Positions 11,943 through 24,121 of a stretch of DNA of 64,000 nt are shown piece by piece (the stretch's first letter is position 1; every line of letters begins with the position of its first letter). The stretch is from Basidiobolus meristosporus CBS 931.73 (Eukaryota > Fungi > Basidiobolomycota), in NCBI GenBank assembly GCA_002104905.1, contig MCFE01000245.1, forward strand, positions 51,345 through 115,344, given 5' to 3'. The notes under the pieces were generated by a model. The model was not told where the DNA came from, did no database searches, and worked only from the letters and a program-made list of their open reading frames with translations. A program made the position numbers and the translations under genes.

Positions 11943-13467
11943 TCATGGACAATTATGTTAACTCTCGCTCATCAAATATTTTCCTAGTAGCACCAATTTA
12001 TCCATTCATTTAAGCCGCGTTTATGTTTTATCTTATTTCTGAGCCAACAGGATGAAGCAAAGTGGATTCCGACTGTTCTTCCAAAGCATGTTATTGCCCA
12101 GGATAGCGCAACATACCTGTGGTGACTTATTGAGTTGCTGCGTGTTTGTTACATTCCCGGTCATATGCCTGATTGCTTTGATATGATGGCGGGAGAATTT
12201 CATCACGGATACTCTCCGGTCACAATCAGCCAAGTCTTCATAGCGTAGCATTAGTAATGCGGAAAGGTTCAAGAAGATCCAAGCTATTTTGGATACACAA
12301 CCTGTACTTAAGCCCAGAATATCCATAATAATGGAAATCTATGGCTGTAGGCCGCATACATCAGGACTGTGCACCTTTTTTGGGTAAACTCTTAATGACT
12401 TTTTGCATAGAATAGCGTCTCCCTATAGCGCCATCTACTATTTCCTAGTCTATTAACTACGTCTGGACTGGATGCACAAATCAGGCAAAGAGAGGGTTCG
12501 CATCGTTGTCTTAATAAATGCCATTAGGAGTGCGCAATGATTGATTGTTCCACTTGGGCAAACAACAACAGTAAACGTTGATGCTAAGCATAGAGCTCTC
12601 CTCAGAACAGCCACTGTCCGCTGCCGATGGACATGCTGATCTGTTCTGGGTAGATCTGTAAGGACGAGTGGTACTGCTTTCTTTCGCCCCAAAACTCAGC
12701 GTGCTTTGTGCCACCCATGATGATAATGTAGGCTTGCATTCATTTTAATTATGCAACCGAAGAACGAAGTACCGTTGTTAACCTTAGGTACCTTATCACC
12801 AGATCAAGCTTACACAAGGCCCAATTTGAAAGCCACTTCAAATTGCTCGGGATATTCTTGCCTGAGGGATTAGAGCGAGGTTATATTAGGCGATCAGAAT
12901 TATCTGTAGCATTGATCTCGACCAAGAGTGCCATCGCAACAAACGATTAATCTGTTGCATCACCATATATGTACGAGCAAACCAAAGGTCTGATCGGTCT
13001 GTGTAACGAATTCTATATATACCTATGCTTGAGTGGCAGCTTTCAAATGGATGCATACGCGATAACCTTTTGGGACGAGAACGGCTATTTCCTTACTTTC
13101 CAATTCTTGAGTCCTTGTGATCCCGGGTCAGTTGTTTGTCACACAGTAATTAATCTTTTCTCCCAAATTCGGAGCGACGACTAAGCTGTTGGCGCTCCAT
13201 TGCAATGGGGTAAAGTTAGCACCAATGGTGTCCAAGGAATATCACAGCTATTTTGAGCAGGATCGCTTTTGATGAATGTTAGAAGCTTTGTCTTACCAAA
13301 GATTTGAAGTTATCGCATTTTATCTGAACCTTAGGTTGCGATAGATATGGCATCCCCTCGACTTATATAAGGGCGCCATCCATATCCCACTCCCTCAGAA
13401 ATACAGCTACACTGCCTTGTCATATATCCTAGAAAGTTCCTTGTGTTCTCGTACATACATTGCCAAC

Positions 13468-15900
13468 ATGTCATCCGGGAATCCCTCCAGCAATTCCCCC
13501 ACTTACTCTAGTGACAATTCAAAATATAGTCCTGCCAGTACTCTAAGGAACCCAATATACTCCGTTAGCTCTGATGGCACGGTCATGGATGACGATGAAA
13601 TCTTTTGGGATGAAAAGTATCAATTACCACCCATTGAGAAGCCCATCACCTCACCCAAGGCTCAGAAGGTCTGGGTGAGAATCAACAGCGTTGTGGACTT
13701 CTTTTTCGTCAAAACATTTCTCAAGCCCTGTGGCCTTGACACCAAAGAGAAGCGTGAAGCATGGCGTGAGAAGATTCGTTACTTCCGTGCCATGGTGTTT
13801 CTCGTGCTGCTGATGATTGCCCTGCTGTTTGTAGTTCCTTTCTTCATTTGCAAGCAGTCCAGCGGCGCTGAGAAGGGAATCATCACGATCAAGACGCCGT
13901 ACTGTATGTTTCTGGATGTTGTCTATATAATCTTCATGGTGTGTGCAGTTGGAGTAATGGTTTTGAACGTGCTGGCCGCAATCATTGTTCAACGCTCTGG
14001 CAAGATCTACAGGTCCCCATTGGCCCCCGAAGTCAAGCCGAAGAAGCTTCTAGCTCTCCACATTCCTTGCTACAGTGAAAGCAAGGAGGTCATCTTGAAG
14101 ACAGTGAACTCGGTAGTTCAGAGCGACTACGACGACGAGTCCAAATTACTCTTTGTGGTGGCCGATGGGAATGTCACCGGTTCCGGAAATGACAAATCTA
14201 CACCAAGAATTCTGATTGAAGATATCTTCAAATGCACTGGTCAGGCTGAACCCCTCATGTATCAATCAGTTGGACATGGTGATCAACGACTAAATAAGGC
14301 CTGTGTCTACACCGGATATTACTCCCCAGATGATGAACCGGAGAGAAAGATCAAGTATCTTCTTGTTGTCAAGGTTGGTTTGGAGACTGAAAAAGGTGCC
14401 GCCAAACCAGGAAATCGCTCGAAGCGTGATTCTCAATTGATCGTATACAACTTCTTCAGAGAGGCAAATGGTTTCTTCCTTGATGACGTGCTACAGAAGA
14501 TCGAGACCGAGGAACAAAACCCGTTTATGAATACTGCTTATGAATTTGATAGCGCCAATGGATCCGTCAATGCTGAAATCGCTAGAACTAGTGCCTACAT
14601 CCAAGATTTATCTCTTTGGGGTACCGGTCCAGGGAACGGATATAGTGTCACCTCCCTCTCATCGTCTGCCTACGACTCTACACCAGGAACTCCGACACGT
14701 ATGCACAGTAGCATGTCAATCAACGGAAGCTACTTCAAGAGAAAGAAGACCCGTTTCAGCTGCCCCATGTTTGCCGAGATGTATAGTTCATTGAAGTTCA
14801 TTAACTGCAATGCCAAGGATGTAGAATACGTCTTGGTAGCCGATGCCGATACTTTCATTCGCCCAAATGGCCTTGATATCCTGGTGCATGCTCTAGAAGC
14901 TGATCCTAACTTATCGGGAGTATGCGGTGAAACCAAGGTTGAAAACCGTACCCAAAGTTATATTACTATGATTCAAGTTTTCGAGTATTTCTTGACTCAT
15001 TGTCTGCTGAAATCATTCGAGTCTTTCTACGCCAATGTACTGGTTCTTTCGGGTTGCTTTACAGTCTATCGACTAAAGCGTCATATCAAAGACCCTGAAA
15101 CCGGAAGAATCGTAGTCAAGCCAGCTGTACTTGATCCAAGAATCATGAGGGACTACATGGCCGAACCCAAGCTCATGAGAGAACACAATCTTCTGACTAT
15201 TGGTGAAGATCGCTATCTGTGCACTTTGGTTATCCGATACCTCAATGACATGCGTACCAGATATATTCCCACTGCAGTTTGTACTACCACGGTTCCTGAT
15301 ACGCTCAGCGTCCTCCTTTGTCAACGCAGAAGATGGACGAATTCGCTTATACACAACCATTTTGATTTGTTCATGAACCCACCCAAGTTCCCTTCACTAC
15401 GCATGAGACTCTGTATGAAACTGGTGATGCTCTCGGAGTTGTGGTCAGCAGCAGCCATTCCATTCTTCTTGCCATTTGGTTTCGTGATTGCCATCTACGG
15501 CTTCTGGACACATCTTACCTGGCTCTCATTGGCCTTTACATTGGTATTATTCTGCCTCCCTGGGCTGATCGCTTTCATGGCTGGGCGCTACTCGCAAGTC
15601 GGCTGGTGGCTAGTATTCTTGCTGGGATTACCCTTATGGGCGGTTGTCGTTCCATTATACAGTCTCTGGAAAATGGATGATTTTAGCTGGGGTAGCACAC
15701 GCCCAACCAATGGGCCAGCAATGGATGAGAAAGGCGGAGCCACTGGCGACTTTGTATCGGTTGAAATTCCTGAACCTGCTTATCAATCGCGCGACACCTC
15801 AATCTCCACCAACAGCTCCAATACTACCTCAAGAGGAAATTCGACCGAGGTGCCACCTGCACCTGGCCGCTTACCACCACCCAATAATAGTCGAGTATAA
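13468..15900 (+). CDS. Chitin synthase, Division 2 (class IV/V-like catalytic core, no myosin motor or cytochrome b5 domain); intronless
   Basis: Motifs PCYSES, DGNVTGSGND.STP, GNRSKRDSQ, DADT, CGET, QVFEY, GEDRYL, QRRRW; C-terminal TM helices. TATA-like TATATAA near 13364; first ATG at 13468. Confidence 0.95.
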   Translation: MSSGNPSSNSPTYSSDNSKYSPASTLRNPIYSVSSDGTVMDDDEIFWDEKYQLPPIEKPITSPKAQKVWVRINSVVDFFFVKTFLKPCGLDTKEKREAWREKIRYFRAMVFLVLLMIALLFVVPFFICKQSSGAEKGIITIKTPYCMFLDVVYIIFMVCAVGVMVLNVLAAIIVQRSGKIYRSPLAPEVKPKKLLALHIPCYSESKEVILKTVNSVVQSDYDDESKLLFVVADGNVTGSGNDKSTPRILIEDIFKCTGQAEPLMYQSVGHGDQRLNKACVYTGYYSPDDEPERKIKYLLVVKVGLETEKGAAKPGNRSKRDSQLIVYNFFREANGFFLDDVLQKIETEEQNPFMNTAYEFDSANGSVNAEIARTSAYIQDLSLWGTGPGNGYSVTSLSSSAYDSTPGTPTRMHSSMSINGSYFKRKKTRFSCPMFAEMYSSLKFINCNAKDVEYVLVADADTFIRPNGLDILVHALEADPNLSGVCGETKVENRTQSYITMIQVFEYFLTHCLLKSFESFYANVLVLSGCFTVYRLKRHIKDPETGRIVVKPAVLDPRIMRDYMAEPKLMREHNLLTIGEDRYLCTLVIRYLNDMRTRYIPTAVCTTTVPDTLSVLLCQRRRWTNSLIHNHFDLFMNPPKFPSLRMRLCMKLVMLSELWSAAAIPFFLPFGFVIAIYGFWTHLTWLSLAFTLVLFCLPGLIAFMAGRYSQVGWWLVFLLGLPLWAVVVPLYSLWKMDDFSWGSTRPTNGPAMDEKGGATGDFVSVEIPEPAYQSRDTSISTNSSNTTSRGNSTEVPPAPGRLPPPNNSRV

Positions 15901-18900
15901 GACTTTATTATAGTATATCCCTTTGTTCTTATTCACCACCTTAGACACTATACATCATCCATACAAAATCCCATGCCTACTATTCATATCGAACAACTTG
16001 TATAAAATCCGATTTAATTCAACTTAATTGTTCACGCTGACAACCATCATCCACCCTACTTCCATTGGCTCGTCAGGCCAGAAGGAATATTTTCTATAAA
16101 CAATATGGGTTATAGTGTAACAATTCCAGTCCTTTTCGTTCCGAGCACCCAATTTGTTGGTTTCACCATAATATGTCTCCTCTCCAAAATAGGAAGGCGA
16201 GATCAGAAATCAATAGAGTCATAACCGAGGTAGTGGCTTAGTAATTCAATTGGGGACGGCTGACAATGGATTAGAGGAAATCCAAGTAAGCCAATTGCAC
16301 GATTATAAGCGTGGTTGCCGTATGGGCTTGACCAGTAGCCGATCAGGATGCTGGATCCAAACCAAGTAGGAAAGTTTCCTCATTAGCGGTCTTTGTTAAA
16401 GAGACTCAAGTGTGCGACACTAAGTCATTCATGTGATCGCGGTGCTTCTTTTACATGATAGACTTTCAAGATCTTATTGATGAACACTTGGAGAAGAAGC
16501 ATCTCAGTCGCTACAGGTGGCGGCCCTACCGATACGTGAAGTATTCTAAATATAACTCAAACAATGGTTAGATTCCCCCTATGTATGGAAGCTTATGCTG
16601 CATTTGAAAGATTGAGGGACACGCCTCCATACCGCAGACTTGCTCTTTACTATTTTTAGAATATTCTTCCTCGAAATCTAAACAGGTATTTTCTGACAGA
16701 AATCAGCATGTGTCTATCGAGCCCAAATTATATAAGCTGATATACGGAGATTCGATAGCAATATCTATATTTGTTAGCTAATGAAATTGATCAGTTTACA
16801 CTGATAGAGGTTTCAAATAGTGTTAAGTCCACGCACTGAACGTGCCGTAAAACCTCGCCATACAAGTTACTTTGAGTGCATGGTAAGCCAATTAAATTCT
16901 CGATGGTAGGCTCGGGGATTCTTGGGACTGGGCATTAGCGGAATGCCCAGTATCATGGAGATGAAATTCATGTTGGTTGGCCAGTGCCAGTATTTCGCAA
17001 GATAATCTGTGCTCTATAATATATACGGAAATAATGGGCGAGTTTTTATTTTTACCTCGACTGGAAATGTAAATTGCCATTCTTGCGGAAGATGTTGTGT
17101 GCACATCTTAATTCACGCTCAGAAAGTTTACCATAAGCCTTTGGTACCACTATCGACTCATCAATTTAATATATCGCTGAGGTGTTGCTTGGGAATTTAC
17201 TCGAACTATCACTAATCGCAGACTCAATGCATGACGCCGCAAGTTAGTGTATCCCTTGCCGCCCTGGGCGTTGGATTCGTAAGCGCATTCCATATAGCAT
17301 CCCGAATTACTCTGTGAAAATAGATTTAGAGCCATGTCGTGACGTCTCGAATAAAGGATCGAAGCTCGACAAAGGGACCGAGGGATTCTCATTGGATAGG
17401 CAATGCTCGGATATCACGAGCCTAAATTGTAGCCTATCTTTACCCTTGATGCTACATAATTATATCGACCAGAGGTAATGTGATGAGCATTTGACACTAG
17501 AACTGGCGCCGACGATGATTCTGCTTCACCCCCGTACCAGCAAATAATAGGCGAGCCTCGCTCGCAGTTGATTTGTCGAACCGCTAGAATCCAATTTTGT
17601 AGACAGCGATTGGTTTATCAGTATTCTAGAGCCTGAGGATGGTTGAAATGAGAATTTCATGGCACTCCCAACGTCACACACATATTTGACTAACTACAAA
17701 TATGATATCTTCCCAATATTCCCCTAATTCCCTTTCTGGATATCGTTGTGATGGAGGGGGGCCAATAATGACCATATGTCAATTCGCCACAAGAACGATT
17801 ATTGATCGTGATGCACTGACCAATCGGGGGAATTGCATAGATGTGATCAAAAAGTCTAGCGTTTCACGACTCCAACATTTTTGTCAAATCTGATGCTTCG
17901 ACTAATGGAGCTTGGGGATGTGGTACGATTAATTTGTATCTCGGTCATCCCCAGAGGTCAAGCCTGTTTGGTAACTAGGTTAATAGCGTCCGCATTTGGA
18001 CTGAGGACCTAGATATCCTTCTTTGGAGTGCCAGGTGAAATAGCGTGGTCTACCTCATGAATGGTCTTGAAACATTTCCAACTGGATAGATACTCTCAAC
18101 CGGTTTCGATGAATGCCATGTGTATGCTATTTCTGATTATCAGAGCCATCGATAAGAGAGTGAGTCCTCACCACATCCTTGCTAAATCTATCATCACAAT
18201 TATCTCACTTATGTCATAACGTAATCAGTACATCCTGCCATCTTCAATCAGCGGAGTGCATTGCCGCACAACGCTTTTTTTCAAGATGAATGGCCGTTCA
18301 GTGTTTGACCAGTAGGAGTTTGCACAGTAACCAGCGACGATTAGCCGAGATGTCTCAGACTCGTAGGAAATCAATATTGATTTTCCCAGAGTGTCCATAG
18401 CTTTGCTCGGTTACCCGATCGACAAGTAGCCGATTGCTCAGTTTGTTAATTTCGCTTGTATTGTATTGAATAAACCACCTTTTAGATGGTTGTATTCTAT
18501 TGCGATTACTGCCACGCTATGTCACAGATTGGTGAGGTCCTGAAACCATGGTTAGATGAGTGTTTCATTGAGGTAGGAAGGTGTGAAATGCGCTTGTACA
18601 CCCATTCTCAGAATTTCACTTGTACTGGTTGATCATGGTCAGTTTCTATGTATATCCACTGATCACTTGACATCCTTCAACCGATTCTTTCGCTGGACTA
18701 TAAATCGTCTTATGATCTGAATTGTACTAACGGCATATTCCTAACATGTGAAGCCGTGTATATGGTTTACCTAAAGCGTTGGACGTCTTACAGCCATTAG
18801 AGTTGGAATCCCACCCTTAACCCTCAATTAACCTCTGGCCTGTGCTACAAAAGAAAGAGATGATATATTCTGAATTGATCGAGTATGGTAGCATTGCTCT

Positions 18901-19540
18901 ATTTGCCACTTGTCCAGATTGTCAACATGCCCAAAAACTACCTTAAGCAATATTTCCTAGTTCCGGCCAACCTTCGCAAACACTTCCAGATATGTAGCTC
19001 TGGTGTTTCGGACCGGTGTAAGCAGCCTAGAATTTATATCGACAGATGAATGGGACTATATATTACTCTACGTGCCTTCCGAGGTCTAAGGATCGGGACG
19101 CTTGTTTTAAGCAATCATGGATCCTAATGTGTTCCTTCGATTACTGTAAGATTGTACGAATGTTGGTTTAAAAGGAGGTCGAAATATCATTTCTTATCCT
19201 TCCTGGAGGTAACAGAGCACTGGAAAGGAAGAAAATTTATTGTATGTATACTGGATAGGAAAATATAATACAATTACCAAATAAAGATGCTGTCATAAGA
19301 AAGACGAGGTATTGGGATTTCATAACTCTACACTTGCGTGGGGTAAAGGCAGGGGGAGGCTAGTGATCAGAATACTGTCGCACAGCTCTTTCTTCTTGAT
19401 CGATATCACTTTGCATATCGCAAATGATATAGGATTGCCAATTCTCATTAAAAAAAGTTGCTTATACAAAATCAAAATTATCTCTTGTAGAGTCGTGCTC
19501 CTGAATCTCTTGTTGTGGGAGATTCATCGACTCTGTCACG

Positions 19541-22415
19541 TTAGCACCCGTCCACGTGGATCGTGATCTCCTCCGCTTCTACCCTTCGCCCGCTTGGGGC
19601 ATGCGGAGCTGAGATATTCGGCTGATATGAGGGATGTCTGTGCCAGTCTTGCATGATGCAGTTCAACGCGTCCCGGATACTCAGATGGAGGTAGCGATGT
19701 TCATCCTCAGGCCCATCATCCGGGTGCTTGGTGATACCCGAGGGCTCAATGCGCCTCAGCACATTCGACTTCAGCCCAACAAAGTGCAGCTCGAATCCTT
19801 GGTTCCCCGCATAGTTGCTCAGTTGCACCTTCAGATCCAACAGCCACTGTAGGCCAGCATAGTCGCAATGGTTCACGCTGCTGAAGTCCAGGATCACCGC
19901 TCGTAGGACTGGGAACTGAGACCCATTCGCCATCTTTTCCTTCTCTTGGATCACGTTCTCCCCGGCGATCTGGGTGTTGAGAGCGTTGTGGCTGCCCACC
20001 TTCAGCTCCTCATTTGGCCTTGGATATGCATTGGATGGGAGTCGGGGGATCAGGAAGTTCCGGATGCGTTGGATGCGGGTATCTTGGTCATCGGACCAGT
20101 TCTTCTCGGACCATGACTTCCCCGACCTCTCGGCAGGGTCGGTGGCAACGTAGGTGGCATTCAGCACCTTGTTCTTGAAGTACTCCCCGTTCAAGAAGGT
20201 GATCGACTCGGAGAAGCGGAAGATCACCACCCCTGGTGGGGCCGGGTATGTGGCCCAGTCACTCGACCACCGATCCACATAGATGTCCGAGTCGTCCACC
20301 GCCTGGCCCAGCATCTGCCATTTGGGTCGAGCAATCCGGTGAAGACTGATGATCAACGAGAACCCGGCTGCCACCCCGATGCCAGTCTGGATGTTCGTGA
20401 ACACGGTCAACAGGAATGCGAGTAAGCAGGCGACCATGTCAGTCCCTAGTGGTGGTGGACAAGTGGATGGTTAGCTTTTCTTCGTGGTCATTGCTCAAAT
20501 AGTGAGTGAGTTGCATCAGAGGGTGGAGGAGGAGAAGGCGGAGGAGGTAGGTGGTAGGGGAGGAACAACGCGGCAGAGAAGCAGGAAAGTATGCGTATGC
20601 GTGTGCGTGTGCGTGTGTATGTGCGTGTGTATGTGCGCATGTATGTGTGTTCGAGTGGATGGTCATTCTGTGAGGACTACTTACTTTGGATCTTCCACAG
20701 CTCACTGTACATCTTGTAGTCGTAGATCAATGGCATGATGCTCACAATGATCACCGAGGCGAGTGTTGCTTTGGGAACAAAGAACATCACTGGGGGTAGG
20801 AAGTTCATGCACAGCATCACAATGATGCTAGTCAAGATCCCACTCCCGGGTGTCTTGACTCCGGACTGCGAGATCACGGCTGACCGGGACAGCCCTCCTG
20901 TCGATGGGTATGCTCTGAAGAAGCTGCTTGACAGGTTGCATATCCCCACAGCTATCATCTCCTGGCTACTGTCGACCTTGTAATGGCCTTTTCGAGCTAC
21001 GATCCGAGAGAGGAGAATGAAGGAGGTGGTTAGCCTGACCTGCTGATAGGTAAGTAGGGCGAGGAGTGGTGAGGTGAGTAGTAGCCCTGATAGATTGGTG
21101 AAGTGGCTGTGACTCATGAGGTGTAGGTGAGTGTGGGTAGGCAGCTAGCAGACACTCTGATGCTCACTTCCCAGGAAATGACCACAAACTCGAGCTCAAG
21201 CCTGGCTTCAAGTGCACACGCACCATTCACATCACAACATGCACATCCGCACATCCACTCGCTTGGCTGCTCATCAACGCGCTCACTCACCACCACTCTC
21301 CTCAAGGTTCTTGATGAATGACTTACCATACGTCCGTGCTCCAGAGATGTGCTCAATGATCGCTACAAGAACGCCCACAGCAGCCGGCCCGACCACCTCA
21401 GATAGGAAGCCACTGTCCAGTCGAGGAAGTCCTGGCTGCGGAAACCCTTTTGGGATGTTGCCCAGCACGGTGACAACTCCGTTCCCTTGTGTCTTGGCCA
21501 CGATGAACGAGATCAGGGTGTAAAATATGACCACGATGGCACTGCGACCAATCCCCACCATTTTCATGGCGGGGTGGATGTAGCTGTACCTGGCGGAGAG
21601 TCGTTTCAGTATCATCATCATGGCTATCCCACTGAATCCAACCAGGGCGTCCTGCCAGCGAGTTCTGCTCAGCGCACTGCCAATGGCCTTCAGCACATCG
21701 ACCAGTGGCCCTTGAGCCTTGACCCCGGCCAATCCAAGCAATGATGGGATCTGAAGTGAGGGTGAGGGTGAGGGTGAAGGTGAAGGTGAAGGTGAAGATA
21801 AGGATGATCATAAGAATGGTGGCAGCAGCAGGAATAGTGGCAGTGGCAGTAGCAGTGGCAGTGGCAGTGACAGTGACAGTGGTGAAGAAGTGAAAGAAGC
21901 GAGGTTAGTTTCGTGCGATGCATTGGCGCCAGGTGTCACCTGCTCTCGCGTGATCCCTCTTCGCCGAGAAATGAAGCCTGAGCGCTTACCTGACTGAAAA
22001 AGATGGTCACCGCTGCCCCGGCGGTGAACCCTTTGGTCACTGGAATGGAGATCAGATCAAGAATGATCCCCAGCTTCAGCACGCCCAGACCGATCAGCAT
22101 ACAACCCATCAGGAAGGACATGGTAATCACACACTCAATCGGATCCAGTCCTCGCGACACCAGCGTGTCAAGGGTGATCCCCACATACAAGGAGAGTACC
22201 GCCGATGGCCCGATCGAGATGTCCCTGCTCGTGCCAAAGAAACAGTAGAGTGCAGTCCCCACGAAGCTTGAGTAGAGACCGTACTGCAGTGGGACTGTGG
22301 CCAGTTGAGCATATGCAAGTGCCTGTAGATTGTAAACATTGAGTAAGATGATTCATTCTGGCACACGAACACGCACGAACACACGAACACACGAACACAC
22401 ACACACACACACACA

Positions 22416-22450
<35 letters not shown>

Positions 22451-22717
22451 CCACATCCACTGTTTGTAGCATTTCTGCGGTGTGTATGTTACCCCGCAGC
22501 ATGTGTGTGAAGTGCTCGGTAACAAAAGTGCAAGCACACATACCTGAGGGACGATTAGAATACCGATGGTGATACCGGCAATCAGATCACCAATGAGCCA
22601 CTTTTTGTTGTAGTGAGGGGCCCATGTGACGAAAGGAAGGTGACGTCTAAGGATACCGTTAAAGGTGATCTCCCTGGTCTCGGTGACTTCCTGGATGAAT
22701 TCTGGTAACTTGATCAT
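19541..22717 (-). CDS. SulP/SLC26 sulfate permease with STAS domain, left arm copy; 5 exons
   Basis: GDLIAGITIG...PQ|ALAYA, YGLYSSF, GTSRDISIGP, TGGLSRSAV, VIFRFSESITFLN, and STAS motif ILDFSSVNHCD. Inverted near-identical partner at 23784-26927. Confidence 0.93.
22360..22448. repeat. Compound (CA)n(TC)n microsatellite in intron 1 of the left SulP copy
   Basis: Direct reading: acacacac... followed by tctctctc... Confidence 0.95.
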
Positions 22718-23783
22718 TTAATCCACAATTGTATTGACAGGTCTTAGCAACGAGCTAACTTCAAATAGGCTTTCTCTCCCTTAGAGACTCTCAGCGATAA
22801 AAACCTATACTTTCAGGTGTCGAGATTCGGGCCTTATATATTCCTTGACAAGGAGTTCTACATTAAGGCTTGAAGTGTTTGTATCAGCTCCATAAGTTCT
22901 ATTGCTTCTGGTAAAGACCATGGTTCAGAACCTTCCGTGGATTCATCATTTGAATGTTGCCCCTTAGTACAACCAGAATCCAACCCCTTTAAAGCTTATT
23001 CCTACTGAGAACCAATCCTGACTAATTTGGCAAGTGCTACTATAGGTTTGATTTTAATTACAAGATGAAGGGAAAGTTGAAACATACGTTTTTGGTGAGT
23101 GATTGTAACCGAGTTTCGACCATGGTTGGAGGCTCACGAGTGCTGGCAAGACATCTTACCATCGAGTAAGAGCTCTCCACTTGAGTTTCAATCATGGTTC
23201 GTAAGAGACCAAGGAGCCAATGATTTGTGTAGGGGGAGGAGAAGGAGTTGCTCGTACATATTTGGAATCTGAGTGTGGGGTGTAAGACATCTCCAGAGAA
23301 GAGTGAATGTGGAAAATAAACGGCATTATTGCATTGTACTGATTATTTCTACCATACCTACCCACTACGCTGGAGTATCAGTTCTACAAATGTAATTTTA
23401 ATTCGAGCTATGGCTAAATTTCAAGCAAGCAGTTAAGACAATGTATAACCTAGGAATATACATGAAAATAAATCATTTTGGATTCAGGGTGAATTCAAGT
23501 TCAAGAAACAAAGTCATGGGTGTTAAGGGGGAAATGGAGAACAGGTTCGTGGCCTAGTATTAAGTAACTTTTGAGTGAAACCACTGCTTTCTAGGACCGT
23601 ACCGAATCCATTCTAATTGATCTTTTGCTCCTTCTTGGAATACGCACTGGCGAATCCATCGAGAGAATAAATACCCTGGTGATTCTCATTTGGTACTCAC
23701 CGTTGGTTCATTTCTGGATTACTTGGGTTCTTTCCTATCTTACCACCAAATCAGCCTTTCGTTTTCCTAACTAGCGGCCTCAC

Positions 23784-24050
23784 ATGATCAAGCTGCCAGA
23801 ATTCATCCAGGAAGTCACCGAGACCAGGGAGATCACCTTTAACGGTATCCTTAGACGTCACCTTCCTTTCGTCACATGGGCCCCTCACTACAACAAAAAG
23901 TGGCTCATTGGTGATCTGATTGCCGGTATCACCATCGGTATTCTAATCGTCCCTCAGGTATGTGTGCTTGCACTTTTGTTACCGAGCACTTCACACACAT
24001 GCTGCGGGGTGACATACACACTGCAGTAATGCTACAAACAGTGGATGTGG

Positions 24051-24121
<71 letters not shown>

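Noticed and set aside
17515-17530. TGGCGCCG resembling a retrotransposon PBS
   Set aside because: Only 8 nt, with no adjacent LTR end or gag.
18150-18340. Minus-strand stretch vaguely like Tc1/mariner (LLVKH*TA..., RWQDVLIT)
   Set aside because: Too many stops and no downstream DDE motifs or terminal inverted repeats found; not supportable by eye.
23846-23855. GTATCCTT U12-type donor motif (also at 22648 on the minus strand; ATATCCTT at 18014)
   Set aside because: It lies inside a conserved coding exon or in intergenic DNA with no matching U12 branch point.
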